NCBI GenBank assembly: GCA_937135955.1
Contig: CAKZOB010000065.1
Location: forward strand, 9,818 to 73,817
Origin: an uncultured Anaerolineales bacterium
GTDB taxonomy: Bacteria; Chloroflexota; Anaerolineae; Aggregatilineales; Aggregatilineaceae
Direction of reading: 5' to 3'
DNA: 64,000 nt
Shown here: positions 9,006 to 19,953 of the stretch, piece by piece
Position numbering within the stretch: the stretch's first letter is position 1
Layout: every line of letters starts with the position of its first letter
The notes under the pieces: model-generated
Databases searched by the model: none
Told to the model about the DNA's origin: nothing
Seen by the model: the letters and a program-made list of their open reading frames with translations, nothing else
Made by a program: the position numbers and the translations under genes

Positions 9006-9620
9006 CTAGCCGCCAGCAGCCGCCTTGAACCGTTCGGCCACGTCGGCCCAGTTGACCACGTTCCACCACGCCTCGACATAGGCGGCGCGGTTGTTCTGAT
9101 ACTTCAGGTAGTAGGCGTGCTCCCACACGTCCAGCACCAGCAAGGGGCGCACCCCCCATTGCGTCAGGTTCTGGTGCTTCTCGGACTGTAACACTTCGAG
9201 TTGACGAGCCAGTGGCTCCCAGACGAGCAGCGCCCAGCCGCTCCCCTCAACCTGATTGGCCGCCGCCGAGAAGTGCGCCTTGAAGGCGGCAAAGCTGCCG
9301 AAATCCCTGGCGATCTGCGCCGCCAGGTCGCCAGTGGGTTCGCCACCGCCGCCATTGCCAGGGGGAGCCATGTTCGGCCAGAAGATGCTGTGCAGCAGAT
9401 GCCCCGATCCATGAAAAGCCGCCTCGCGCGACCAGTGCTTGACCAGCCCCAGATCGCCCGCGGCGCGCGCCTGCTCCAGCTTCTCCAGGGCATTGTTCAG
9501 GCCATTGACGTAGGCCAGGTGATGCTTGTCGTGATGCAGACGCATGGTCTGCTCGTCAATATGCGGCTCCAGCGCATCATATGCATACGGTAGAGGAGGC
9601 AGTTCATATTTGATCGCCAT
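9006..9620 (-). CDS. sodA: Fe/Mn superoxide dismutase
   Basis: ATG at 9620 with an AAGGAGA SD. Sequence MAIKYELPPLPYAYDALEPHIDEQTMRLHHDKHH...DVWEHAYYLKYQN is diagnostic. Confidence 0.93.
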   Translation of the reverse strand: MAIKYELPPLPYAYDALEPHIDEQTMRLHHDKHHLAYVNGLNNALEKLEQARAAGDLGLVKHWSREAAFHGSGHLLHSIFWPNMAPPGNGGGGEPTGDLAAQIARDFGSFAAFKAHFSAAANQVEGSGWALLVWEPLARQLEVLQSEKHQNLTQWGVRPLLVLDVWEHAYYLKYQNNRAAYVEAWWNVVNWADVAERFKAAAGG

Positions 9621-9827
9621 TTTTCGTTCTCCTTGTGCGTTTTTGCACACCCGGTGCGGGTGTTAGAACACCAGCGGGGACAGCGGCCCACCTATCGCAC
9701 AGGCCAGCATAAATGAAGTCAAAGGCGGGCAGCGCTGTAATGCCCACACAGGGGATTATAGGTAATTCAACCCGCAGCGCCCAATAAGAACTGTGTTGGA
9801 AGGCCGCCGGGCCGCAGCCCAGCCCGT

Positions 9828-9870
9828 CCCCAAACAACAAAACGGGCGCGGCCTCTTGCCGACCGCGCCC
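9828..9870 (-). terminator. Rho-independent terminator after mreB
   Basis: GGGCGCGG / CCGCGCCC stem, followed on the minus strand by GTTTTGTTGTTTGG. Confidence 0.65.
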
Positions 9871-9884
9871 TTCGGATGGCCCGG

Positions 9885-10892
9885 CTACAGTCCCACCATC
9901 GTCCGCCGCAGCAAGGCCAGGTCTTCCAGGGCACGCCCTGCCCCCACCGCCACAGCCACCATCGGGTCTTCGGCGCGATAGGCGGGCACGCCCACCTTCT
10001 GGGTGATATATATGTCTATGCCGCGCAATAGCGCGCCCCCGCCCGTCAACACAATGCCCCGGTCTATGATGTCCGCCGCCAGTTCCGGCGGGGTCTTCTC
10101 CAACACGCTCTGCGCCGCGCTGACGATGGTTTCCAGGGGTTCGCGGATGGCCTCGACCACTTCGCTGGTGGTGATGGTGATCGTGCGGGGCAGCCCGCCC
10201 ACCTGGTCGCGTCCCTGGATTTCCATGCTCAGCTCTTCGCCGATATCCACCGCCGCGCCAATCTGAATCTTCACCGACTCGGCGGTCGGCTCGCCAATGA
10301 CCAGGCTGTACTTACGGCGCACGTAGTTGATGATCGCCTCATCCAGGCGCATCCCCCCCATGCGAATGCTGTCAGCCACCACGATCCCGTTCATCGCCAG
10401 GACTGCCGCTTCGCTGGCCCCACCCCCCAGGTTGAAGACCATGTTGCCCGCCGGCGTGCTGATCGGCAGCCCTGCCCCCAAGGCCGCCAGCAGCGGCTCC
10501 GGCAACAAATACGCCTGCCGCGCTCCTGCGCGCACCGCGGCCTCGTGCACGGCTCGCTTTTCGACGCTGGTCACGCCGTAGGGCACGCTCAACATGACCT
10601 CTGGCCCGCGGAAGTGCATCCGCCCGCTCACCTTGCGGAAGAAGTAGCGTAGCATGGCTTCGGTCACTTCGTAGTCGGCGATCACGCCATCGCGCAGCGG
10701 GCGTAAAACCTCGATGTGTTCCGGATGACGCCCGTACATGTCGCGCGCTTCCTGCCCCACTGCCACCACGCGCTCTTCTTCGATGGTGAGCGCCACCATA
10801 GACGGCTCCTGGAGCACGATCTGCCCGTCGGCGTAGATCATGACCTTGTTCGTGCCCAGGTCTACCCCCAGTTTTCGCGAGAACAGTCCCAT
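9885..10892 (-). CDS. mreB: Rod-shape-determining actin homolog MreB
   Basis: Internal ATG at 10892: [20 protein letters not shown]...[10 protein letters not shown]...[12 protein letters not shown]. Confidence 0.92.
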   Translation of the reverse strand: MGLFSRKLGVDLGTNKVMIYADGQIVLQEPSMVALTIEEERVVAVGQEARDMYGRHPEHIEVLRPLRDGVIADYEVTEAMLRYFFRKVSGRMHFRGPEVMLSVPYGVTSVEKRAVHEAAVRAGARQAYLLPEPLLAALGAGLPISTPAGNMVFNLGGGASEAAVLAMNGIVVADSIRMGGMRLDEAIINYVRRKYSLVIGEPTAESVKIQIGAAVDIGEELSMEIQGRDQVGGLPRTITITTSEVVEAIREPLETIVSAAQSVLEKTPPELAADIIDRGIVLTGGGALLRGIDIYITQKVGVPAYRAEDPMVAVAVGAGRALEDLALLRRTMVGL

Positions 10893-10965
10893 ATGAAAGT
10901 CGCTTTCCCACGTCGCCGGATTGCGTGTTGTGTCACAACGTATACCGCAAGCCACGGCAACACGC

Positions 10966-11003
10966 GAAAAAACAACGCACCGGGAACGTGTCCGGCGCGT
11001 TGT
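10966..11003 (-). terminator. Rho-independent terminator after atpC
   Basis: Minus strand has an ACAACGCGCCGG / CCGGTGCGTTGT stem followed by TTTTTTCG. Confidence 0.7.
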
Positions 11004-11034
11004 TTCGTGCCCGGCATGATTTCCTACCGCGCAA

Positions 11035-11481
11035 TCAGGATTCCTCGTCTTCCAGGCTGCGCACCCGCTGCCCTCGCCCCTGCACCCGGCTGTAGACTCT
11101 GGCGGCAATTTCTGCCCGCCGCAGATCCTGGGCGATCTCCGCGCGCTGCGCCTCGGAGGGGCTTTCGGCCATCAAGTCACGCGCGCGCTTGCGTGCCGCT
11201 TCGATCTCCCCCATGTCCAGCTCGTAGACTGACTCGGCATCGTCTGCCAGGACAGTCACCTTGTGCGGGCGCACCTCCACCACGCCACCATACACGACAA
11301 AGCTGACCACATCCTTGCCCTCGACGATGCGCAGTTCGCCGAAAGCAAGCGTTGTCAGCAGCGGAGTATGGTTGGGCAGCACGCCCATTTCACCTTCGCT
11401 GCCGGGGATGATCACCATGTCGGCGCGGTCCGTGTGATACAGCCGCCGCACGCGCGATACCACCTCTACTTCCAGCGGCAT
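11035..11481 (-). CDS. atpC: F1 ATP synthase epsilon subunit
   Basis: ATG at 11481 with a GGAGAG SD. Sequence MPLEVEVVS...[18 protein letters not shown]. Last gene of the atpAGDC cluster. Confidence 0.88.
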   Translation of the reverse strand: MPLEVEVVSRVRRLYHTDRADMVIIPGSEGEMGVLPNHTPLLTTLAFGELRIVEGKDVVSFVVYGGVVEVRPHKVTVLADDAESVYELDMGEIEAARKRARDLMAESPSEAQRAEIAQDLRRAEIAARVYSRVQGRGQRVRSLEDEES

Positions 11482-11537
11482 GGTCGTCTCTCCTCTGGCT
11501 GGCACGCGCGTTCAGATTGCGCCCGGCCAGCCCGCCG

Positions 11538-12998
<1,461 letters not shown>

Positions 12999-13958
12999 TC
13001 AGTCCTCTTCCGCTTGTCTCAGCGCTTCCACGCCGCCCACGATGTCCAGAATTTCACTGGTGATTGAAAGCTGCCGCGCCTTGTTGTATTCGAGCTGCAG
13101 CACCCCACCCAACGATTCGGCGCTCTCCGAAGCATTGCGCATGGCGATCATGCGCGCGCTGTGCTCGCTGGAGAGGCTCTCGCGGATCGCCTGCAAAATC
13201 TGTAGCTCGGTGAAGCGCGGGATGATCTCATTGAGAATGGCTGCCGCGCTCGGCTCGTAGATGTAGTCGCGGTTGCGGTAACGCACCTCAGGCTCTGGCT
13301 CGACCAGTTCCATGATCTCGCGGCTGCGCGCCTCAAACGGACGCAATGGCAGCAGCGGCAAGACGCGCGGCTGTTGCGTCACCGTGTTGATGAAATTGGT
13401 GTAGGCGATGAATACCTCATCTACCGGCTCGGTCAGGAACTCGTCGAAGACCACCCTGGCGATCTGTGCGATGTCGCCCAGATCGGGGTCGGCAGGCAAG
13501 TGCGAGAATTCCGCCACGATCCGCTGATCGCGCAGATAGGAGGGGGCCGTCTCGTCGCGCTCCAGGCGGGCAAGGTAGCGCCGGATCAGGTCGCGTCCCT
13601 TGCGTCCCACCGTGATCCAGTGCACAGGCCGTTCGTACTGCTCGACGAAACGAATGGCGCGCCGCACGATGTTGGCGTTGTATGCGCCAGCCAGGCCGCG
13701 ATCGCCGGTGATGAGCAAAACCGCGATACACCGCACCTCTGGCCGCACTTCCAACAACGGGTGCAGCGGCACACCGGTGCTCTGCGCAGCCACATTGACC
13801 AGCACATCATAGGCGTGCTGCGCATAGGGCCGACTAGCCAGCACCGCCGCCTGCGCCTTGCGCACCGACGAAGCCGACACCGCTTCCAGCGCGCGCGTCA
13901 CCTGATTGATGTTCTTCACCGACCGGATGCGGCGTCTGATCTCACGTGTCGAGGGCAT
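12999..13958 (-). CDS. atpG: F1 ATP synthase gamma subunit
   Basis: MPSTREIRRRIRSVKNINQVTRALE...ITSEILDIVGG. Confidence 0.93.
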   Translation of the reverse strand: MPSTREIRRRIRSVKNINQVTRALEAVSASSVRKAQAAVLASRPYAQHAYDVLVNVAAQSTGVPLHPLLEVRPEVRCIAVLLITGDRGLAGAYNANIVRRAIRFVEQYERPVHWITVGRKGRDLIRRYLARLERDETAPSYLRDQRIVAEFSHLPADPDLGDIAQIARVVFDEFLTEPVDEVFIAYTNFINTVTQQPRVLPLLPLRPFEARSREIMELVEPEPEVRYRNRDYIYEPSAAAILNEIIPRFTELQILQAIRESLSSEHSARMIAMRNASESAESLGGVLQLEYNKARQLSITSEILDIVGGVEALRQAEED

Positions 13959-13984
13959 TTGCCTTCCCCCTTCTGGTCAGCCCG

Positions 13985-15511
13985 CTAGTCGGCGGCGTGC
14001 AGTTCGGACCACGCCACATTGAACCCGTCAATGGCCTCGGTCAGCAGCGCTTCGATCTCCGGCGTCATCTGGTAATTGACCGTCTTCACTCGCTCTTCCA
14101 GATCGGGGTAGTTGCTGTGCAGGTAGGTCAGGAATTCCGCTTCCCACCGCTTGACTTGCGGCACCGGCACGTGATCCAGCTTGCCGCGCGTGCCGGCGAA
14201 GATCAGCGCCACCTGATCCATCAGCGGCGTAGGCTGATACTGCGGCTGTTTCAGAATTTCCTGCAGGCGCATCCCACGGTCAAGCTGCTGCTGCGTGGCC
14301 TTATCCAGGTCGGAGCCGAACTGCGCGAAGGCGGCCAGGCTGCGGAACTGCGCCATGTCCAGGCGCAACATGCCCGCCACCGTCTTCATGATCTTGCGTT
14401 GCGCGTCACCGCCTACACGGCTGACGCTCAGACCCGTGTTCACCGCCGGACGCACGCCCGAATAGAACAGGTCGCTTTCCAGGTAAATCTGCCCGTCGGT
14501 GATCGAGATCACATTGGTGGGGATATAAGCGGACACATCGCCCAACAGGGTTTCGATAATCGGCAGCGCCGTCAGGCTACCACCGCCGCGCTCGTCCGAA
14601 AGCTGCGCGGCGCGCTCCAACAGGCGGCTGTGCAGGTAGAACACGTCGCCCGGATACGCCTCGCGCCCCGGCGGACGGCGCAGCAACAGCGATACCTGGC
14701 GATAGGCCCAGGCGTGCTTGGACAGGTCGTCGTAGATCACTAGGGCGTCGCGCCCCTGCTCCATGAAATACTCGCCCATGGCGCAGCCAGCGTAGGGGGC
14801 AATGTACTGCAGCGCCGCCGGATCAGAAGCCGACGCCACCACCACAATGGTGTGTTCCATCGCGCCGTATTGCTCCAGCGTCGCCACCACGCCGGCCACC
14901 TGCGCGCGCTTCTGGCCGATGGCCACATAGATGCAGATCAGGTCTTGCCCCTTCTGGTTGATGATCGTGTCAATGGCGATGGCCGTCTTGCCCGTCTGCC
15001 GGTCGCCGATGATCAGTTCGCGCTGCCCGCGCCCGATGGGGATCATCGCGTCAATGGCGCGGATGCCGGTCTGCACGGGGCGGTACACGTTGCGGCGCTC
15101 GATCACGCCGGGCGCGATACGCTCGATGGGCAGATACCCGTCCGCCACGATCGGCCCTTTGCCATCAATGGGATTGCCCAGCACATCCACCACGCGCCCG
15201 ATCAACCCATCGCCCACCGGCACCGACACAATGCGCCCGGTGCCGCGTACCTCATCGCCCTCTTTAATGTCCACGTAATCACCCATGATGATCACGCCGA
15301 CGTTGTCCTCTTCCAGGTTGAAGGCGATGCCCATCACGCCGTTGGAAAACTGCACCAGTTCCTGGGCGCGCACCCGCTCCAGCCCGCTGACACGGGCAAT
15401 GCCGTCGCCCACTTCGACGACATAGCCCACATCTACTGCTTTGATCTCACGCTCGAAGCCCTTGATCTGCTCCAAAAGCCCCTTGGTGATCTCTTTGGTT
15501 AGCTCCGCCAT
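13985..15511 (-). CDS. atpA: F1 ATP synthase alpha subunit
   Basis: Internal ATG at 15511. GDRQTGKT Walker A and a conserved alpha core. The upstream extension in the track ORF lacks coding character. Confidence 0.96.
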   Translation of the reverse strand: MAELTKEITKGLLEQIKGFEREIKAVDVGYVVEVGDGIARVSGLERVRAQELVQFSNGVMGIAFNLEEDNVGVIIMGDYVDIKEGDEVRGTGRIVSVPVGDGLIGRVVDVLGNPIDGKGPIVADGYLPIERIAPGVIERRNVYRPVQTGIRAIDAMIPIGRGQRELIIGDRQTGKTAIAIDTIINQKGQDLICIYVAIGQKRAQVAGVVATLEQYGAMEHTIVVVASASDPAALQYIAPYAGCAMGEYFMEQGRDALVIYDDLSKHAWAYRQVSLLLRRPPGREAYPGDVFYLHSRLLERAAQLSDERGGGSLTALPIIETLLGDVSAYIPTNVISITDGQIYLESDLFYSGVRPAVNTGLSVSRVGGDAQRKIMKTVAGMLRLDMAQFRSLAAFAQFGSDLDKATQQQLDRGMRLQEILKQPQYQPTPLMDQVALIFAGTRGKLDHVPVPQVKRWEAEFLTYLHSNYPDLEERVKTVNYQMTPEIEALLTEAIDGFNVAWSELHAAD

Positions 15512-15686
15512 ATAGCCTGTTCTCCTCACCGCCAGGGAAAACGTTCCCGAATAAATCAGGCAAGGCGCGCCGCCCCGCGCCGCCGCGATAAGGGCACAGC
15601 ACGGCATCCCTGATCATGTCCGAGATGCAGATCGCGCCGCGCCGCCGACTGATCGGTAGTCACATCCGATCCGGTCGCCAGCCAGT

Positions 15687-15706
15687 ATTGTAAAATATAG
15701 AACAAT
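15687..15706 (-). promoter_or_regulatory. Candidate Rex operator overlapping the atpA -10 box
   Basis: Minus strand reads ATTGTTCTATATTTTACAAT. The core TTGTTCTATATTTTACAA matches 14 of 18 positions of TTGTGAAATATTTCACAA. A rex gene lies 1 kb upstream. Confidence 0.45.
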
Positions 15707-15722
15707 TAAAGGCAATTTTCAA
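15694..15722 (-). promoter_or_regulatory. Strong sigma-70-type promoter for atpAGDC
   Basis: Minus strand reads TTGAAA, 17-nt spacer, TATATT, in an AT-rich island about 180 nt upstream of the atpA ATG. Confidence 0.7.
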
Positions 15723-15752
15723 AAAACTTATGATAATTTCTGGGCTGCCTGC

Positions 15753-16640
15753 TCAGCCCTCATTCTCGTCGTGATTGTTTTCATCGGGGTGCCGACCGGC
15801 CAGCCGCGACACCTTGCGCCCGCCGCCCAGTCCCACGCTACGCTGATACGCCGCCCAGATGGCCCGCGAGACCACCGTGCGCAGGCCGCCCTTTTCCAAC
15901 TGATAGAGCGCTTCCGCCGAAGTCCCACCGGGGCTGGTGACTTCGTTGCGCAGCATGGCCAGGTGCGCCCCTGACTGCGCCGCGTATTCCACCGAGCCGC
16001 GCATGGTCTGCAAGACGAGCTTTTCCGCCACATGGCGCGAAAAGCCCAGGTGCACCCCTGCGTCCACCATCGCTTCCATGAACAGGAAGATATAGGCCGG
16101 GCCGGTGCCGCTGAGCGCCGTCGCCATATCCAGGTAGTCTTCGTCCTGCACGAAGATTTCTTCGCCGAAGGCGCGCAGGAGCATTCGCGCCTGTTCGCGC
16201 TGCGGTTCGGGGACTTCGGACGTGGCCGTCCACACGCTGATACCTTGCCCGATGCGCGCCGGCGTGTTGGGCATCACCCGCACCACCGACGCATTGGCCA
16301 GCCCGTCGGCGATCTTCTTGATGGGCGCGCCCGCTACAATGCTCACCACCAGCGAGCAGGTGCGCGCTCCGCCCCGCACTTCCGGCAAGACCTTGTCGAG
16401 CACCTGCGGCTTGACCGAAAGGACCAGGATATCGGCTTTGGTCGCTGCTTCCAGATTATCCGTGGTCGTGCGGACGCCGTAACGCGCCGCCAGTTCGTCC
16501 AGCCGTTCCTGGCGTGGGTCAGCGGCGATGATCTGCGCTGGCAGGATCATTTGCTGCTTCAGCAGACCGTGAATCATGGCCTCGCCCATATTGCCGCTGC
16601 CGATGAAGGCGATGGTCAAATCTCCAAACATGCCCGTCAT
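15753..16640 (-). CDS. proC: Pyrroline-5-carboxylate reductase
   Basis: IAFIGSGNMGEAMIHGL Rossmann motif and SPGGTSAEAL near the C-terminus, plus a charged C-terminal tail. Confidence 0.9.
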   Translation of the reverse strand: MTGMFGDLTIAFIGSGNMGEAMIHGLLKQQMILPAQIIAADPRQERLDELAARYGVRTTTDNLEAATKADILVLSVKPQVLDKVLPEVRGGARTCSLVVSIVAGAPIKKIADGLANASVVRVMPNTPARIGQGISVWTATSEVPEPQREQARMLLRAFGEEIFVQDEDYLDMATALSGTGPAYIFLFMEAMVDAGVHLGFSRHVAEKLVLQTMRGSVEYAAQSGAHLAMLRNEVTSPGGTSAEALYQLEKGGLRTVVSRAIWAAYQRSVGLGGGRKVSRLAGRHPDENNHDENEG

Positions 16641-16689
16641 CCCCTCGCAATCGCTGGCGCTGATGATCCTGCACTACGCCGTAGCAGGC

Positions 16690-17316
16690 TCACGGCGTCA
16701 GGTAGTACGTCATGTGTTGCAGGTGCGCTGCCGGATCAATGTATTGCACCCGCACTCCCGGCGGCACCGTGATGGTGATGGGTGCGTAGTTCAATAGCGC
16801 CTGCACGCCTGCCTCGACCAGCTTGTCGGCGACGCTTTGCGCCTCCGAAGCGGGCACAGCGATCATGGCGATGCGAATGTTCTGCCGCGTGATTTCCTCG
16901 ACCAACTGACTCATGGGCAGCACGGTCAACTCGCCGATACGTTCGCCCACCTTGGCCGGGTCGGCGTCGAACAAAGCCGCCACCCGGAAGCCGCGCGCCT
17001 GAAAACCGCGATAGTGCGCAATGGCCCGCCCCAGGTCGCCAATGCCCACGACCGCCATCAGCCACTCCCGATCCACTTTCAGAATCTGGCGCAGTTGCTC
17101 ATACAGGTAGCGAACATTATATCCCGTCCCCTGCTTGCCAAACTCGCCGAAATGCGACAGGTCTTTGCGTATCTGCGCCGAACTAATCCCCAGGCGCTCA
17201 CCCAGTTCGTGCGAGGAAGTGTACTCGCGATTTTCCTGGATCATACGGTTGAGGGCACGTAGATAGATTGGCAAGCGCCCGATCACAATATCTGGAATAG
17301 CGGCTTTGTTTCCCAT
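16690..17316 (-). CDS. rex: Redox-sensing transcriptional repressor Rex
   Basis: Internal ATG at 17316. Sequence [19 protein letters not shown]...[33 protein letters not shown]...[10 protein letters not shown]. Confidence 0.92.
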   Translation of the reverse strand: MGNKAAIPDIVIGRLPIYLRALNRMIQENREYTSSHELGERLGISSAQIRKDLSHFGEFGKQGTGYNVRYLYEQLRQILKVDREWLMAVVGIGDLGRAIAHYRGFQARGFRVAALFDADPAKVGERIGELTVLPMSQLVEEITRQNIRIAMIAVPASEAQSVADKLVEAGVQALLNYAPITITVPPGVRVQYIDPAAHLQHMTYYLTP

Positions 17317-17396
17317 CCAGTCGCGGCTCCCTTCTCGCCCGACGGCTGCGCTCTCATCGTCCTGATAATATGCCCGAAAATACAGCTCACGGAGAA

Positions 17397-17414
17397 ATGT
17401 GAATAGTATAACAA
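17397..17414 (-). promoter_or_regulatory. Candidate autoregulatory Rex operator
   Basis: Minus strand reads TTGTTATACTATTCACAT (plus strand ATGTGAATAGTATAACAA). It overlaps a TATACT -10-like hexamer and resembles the site at 15687-15706. Confidence 0.45.
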
Positions 17415-17480
17415 GCCTAGCACGCTTCGCACATAAAAACAATAATCATTCCAAAAAACTCGCCAACCCCGCTCTGATCA

Positions 17481-17509
17481 TTGCCTGGGCGACTGCGCCC
17501 TGTTATCAT
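17481..17509 (+). promoter_or_regulatory. Promoter for the amidase gene
   Basis: TTGCCT, 17-nt spacer, TATCAT. Confidence 0.5.
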
Positions 17510-17544
17510 CCCCTCAGCGCCTGTGCCTGCCTGGAACACCTGCC

Positions 17545-18321
17545 ATGCCTCAATCTCGTCCGGTTACCCGCCTCACCCGCCGCGACCTGCTTGGTCTGGC
17601 AGGCATGGCCGCCGCCGGGAGCGGGCTGGCCTGTCTGGGTACGGTGCTCGGCTACCTGGCCCTGGATCGTCTGGTCAGTCCGCAACGCCCTACTGTCACG
17701 CCGTCCCCTCCCCCAACACGCCCCGCTGTGCTCAAGCAGATCGATCGCCCCGGCATCCTCTCCCGACAGGACTGGGGCGCGCGCACCCTGAATCACGAAG
17801 CACCCAATGAGTTTGGCTTTTACAGCGCCGAAAACCCCGACGGCTGGCGCGTCTACGACGAAGACCTGCGCATCGTCTACCGCACCGTTGTCGTTCATCA
17901 CTCCGTCCTCTACGAAGACGACGATCTGTCCACCATGCGCGCCATCCAGGAGCAGCATATGGACTTGCGCGGTTGGGCGGACATCGCCTATCACTTCGGC
18001 GTCGGCCAGAGCGGACAGGTCTTCGAAGGCCGCTCGCTGACCGTGCGCGGCACGCACGTAGAAGGCTTCAACACGGGCAGCGTGGGCGTTGTCTTCCTGG
18101 GCGACTTCTCTGTGAACCACCCCTCCTCTTTTCAGTTCGAAGCCGGACGCCGCCTGATCGACTGGCTGGCGCTGCGCCTGGAACTCACATACCTGGCCGG
18201 ACACAGCGATTTCAACCCCGACACTGACTGCCCTGGCCGGTATCTGCGCGAGCTACTGCCCATACTGGCACAGTCTGCGGGCCTGTCGCTGGGCACGGCA
18301 GGTTACTTCGCCGGAGACTGA
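17545..18321 (+). CDS. Secreted N-acetylmuramoyl-L-alanine amidase (Amidase_2/PGRP domain) with a Tat-type signal
   Basis: TRLTRRDLLGLAGMAAAG twin-arginine signal; VVHHS...GWADIAYHFGVG...GTHVEGFNTGSVGVVFLG...GHSDF...CPG. Confidence 0.82.
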   Translation: MPQSRPVTRLTRRDLLGLAGMAAAGSGLACLGTVLGYLALDRLVSPQRPTVTPSPPPTRPAVLKQIDRPGILSRQDWGARTLNHEAPNEFGFYSAENPDGWRVYDEDLRIVYRTVVVHHSVLYEDDDLSTMRAIQEQHMDLRGWADIAYHFGVGQSGQVFEGRSLTVRGTHVEGFNTGSVGVVFLGDFSVNHPSSFQFEAGRRLIDWLALRLELTYLAGHSDFNPDTDCPGRYLRELLPILAQSAGLSLGTAGYFAGD

Positions 18322-18380
18322 TTGCTCTGGAATCAAAAACGCCCCACCGACGGGAGCGCCCTGTTCCCCAGGCTACCCAT

Positions 18381-19076
18381 TCAGATCAACATCCGGCGTC
18401 CACGATACCATACGTACAGCGCCGCCCCTATCACGACAGCCAATGCCCCCAGCGCCACTGCCACTACGGACGGCTCGCCGTCACCGGGCAACGCCTCGCC
18501 AGGCGGGTAGCCAGTCGAGGGCAGCCCGGTAGGAGTGAATAACTCCCCTACCGCGCTCTGCGAAAAGGTGCCCGACGGCCCCTGGCCCGCCAGCACCGCC
18601 TGCATCACCAGCACCCCATTGGGTGGAGAACGTAACACCCTCGTGCGTACCAGCACCCGCGCTGTCTGCCCGGGGTACAATTCTGGCACAGTGAAGACCC
18701 CCGCCCGGTCGCTCACTGTTACCGCACCATGCGCGTTGTCGGCATCCTCAATACGCAGCTCGGATGGCGCTGTCAGCGTGATCAGCAGGTCATGCCCTGG
18801 CGCAGTACCCATATTGCTCACCGAGATCGCCCATATGACGGGTTCGCCAGGCAGACCCAGCGCACCTTCCACCAGCATACCGGTCACCGACAGCGTCGCC
18901 TGAAAGGTCGGCTCTCCCCGGCAGGCCGGACACAGCCGCTCGCCTGTGCTGTCTGCCTCCACCGGCACAGGTTGTCCCGTCCCCGGCAGGCGCTCAGCCG
19001 CCCAGGTTGTGCTGGCGGGCAATGATCCCCATAAAAGCACTGCGCTGGTCAGGATCAGCGCTGTCCTGACACGCAT
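18381..19076 (-). CDS. DUF11-like surface protein with an LPXTG-type sorting signal
   Basis: Internal ATG at 19076. Signal peptide, a DUF11-like beta domain, then LPSTG, a TM helix and an RGRR tail. Confidence 0.7.
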   Translation of the reverse strand: MRVRTALILTSAVLLWGSLPASTTWAAERLPGTGQPVPVEADSTGERLCPACRGEPTFQATLSVTGMLVEGALGLPGEPVIWAISVSNMGTAPGHDLLITLTAPSELRIEDADNAHGAVTVSDRAGVFTVPELYPGQTARVLVRTRVLRSPPNGVLVMQAVLAGQGPSGTFSQSAVGELFTPTGLPSTGYPPGEALPGDGEPSVVAVALGALAVVIGAALYVWYRGRRMLI

Positions 19077-19157
19077 GATTCCCCTTAGTTCCTGGTAATC
19101 TTTGGTCTCATTATACCTGGGTACCACCGGGCCGAAAAAAACTGCCCCTGTCCTTGG

Positions 19158-19267
19158 GTGCTTGCAAAGGTTGACTCCCCTCGCCCCGCGACGCAGCCGC
19201 GAGGGAGAGGGGATGCAGAGGTGAGGGGCAGCAGACTGCTGCAAATCGCCTGTCACATTTTGCACGC
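19158..19267. mobile_element. MITE-like repeat, short (about 110 bp) deletion variant, copy A
   Basis: About 90% identical by eye over about 90 nt to the right part of copy B. Ends GTGCTTGCAAAGGTTGAC / CTGTCACATTTTGCACGC are inverted. Flanked by CCTGTCCTTG / CCTGTCACTTG. Confidence 0.7.
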
Positions 19268-19395
19268 ACCTGTCACTTGTCACACATGACCCGCCCTGTT
19301 ACCATTGGCTCAGAGCGAAAAACGCCCTGGTTACGCGGCTATACGTCAGACTCGCCCCGCGACTGACGTTACGTTTGGGCAGAAAGTGCGCCCTC

Positions 19396-19953
19396 ATGCA
19401 AACACGAGCAGACAGAACGCGGCTAAACGCTACCTTCGAGGATGTCAACGCGCGCATCATCGAAGGGTTGGGCCAGCTTGCCAGTTACTTTGGGTTTTCC
19501 AAGGTGATGGGTCAGTTATTCGGCGTGCTCATGCTCAGCCCAGAACCGCTCAGTCTCGACCATCTGATGGAACGCCTGGGCCTGTCCAAGGCCAGCGTCA
19601 GCACGCACATGCGCACCCTGGAGCACATGGGCATTGTGCGCGAAGTGTGGGTGAAGGACGACCGCCGCAAGTACTACCGTGCCGAAAGCGACTTCTGGCA
19701 AATCCTGACCAATATCCTGCGCAGCCGCGAACTGCGCGACGTCAATCAGGCGCTCCAGGTGCTTGATGACAGCGCCGGGCGTCTGCAACAGGCACTGCCC
19801 GGCATGAGCGACGAAGACCGCCAACTGGCCGAGTTCTATCTGGAACGGCTGGGGCAACTTCAGGAGTTCTTCCGGCTGGCGCAGGTATTGCTGATGTCGC
19901 TCATCGGACACGCGCAGGGTCAGCCGGGGACGTCCGATCACGCCGGGCCGTGA
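19396..19953 (+). CDS. GbsR/MarR-family winged-helix transcriptional regulator
   Basis: FGFSKVMGQLFGVLMLSPEPLSLDHLMERLGLSKASVSTHMRTLEHMGIV is an HTH. Start is ATG 19396 or TTG 19375. Confidence 0.65.
   Translation: MQTRADRTRLNATFEDVNARIIEGLGQLASYFGFSKVMGQLFGVLMLSPEPLSLDHLMERLGLSKASVSTHMRTLEHMGIVREVWVKDDRRKYYRAESDFWQILTNILRSRELRDVNQALQVLDDSAGRLQQALPGMSDEDRQLAEFYLERLGQLQEFFRLAQVLLMSLIGHAQGQPGTSDHAGP

Noticed and set aside
10927-10939. Perfect 6+1+6 palindrome GTTGTG-T-CACAAC upstream of mreB, reminiscent of Rex half-sites.
   Set aside because: The half-site spacing is wrong for Rex (no 4-6-nt spacer). It may simply be a small leader hairpin, and there is no second occurrence in the window.
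18333-18360. Possible terminator hairpin between the convergent amidase and LPXTG genes.
   Set aside because: The stem is only about 6 bp and has a bulge. A T-run follows on the minus strand, but the structure is too weak to call with confidence.
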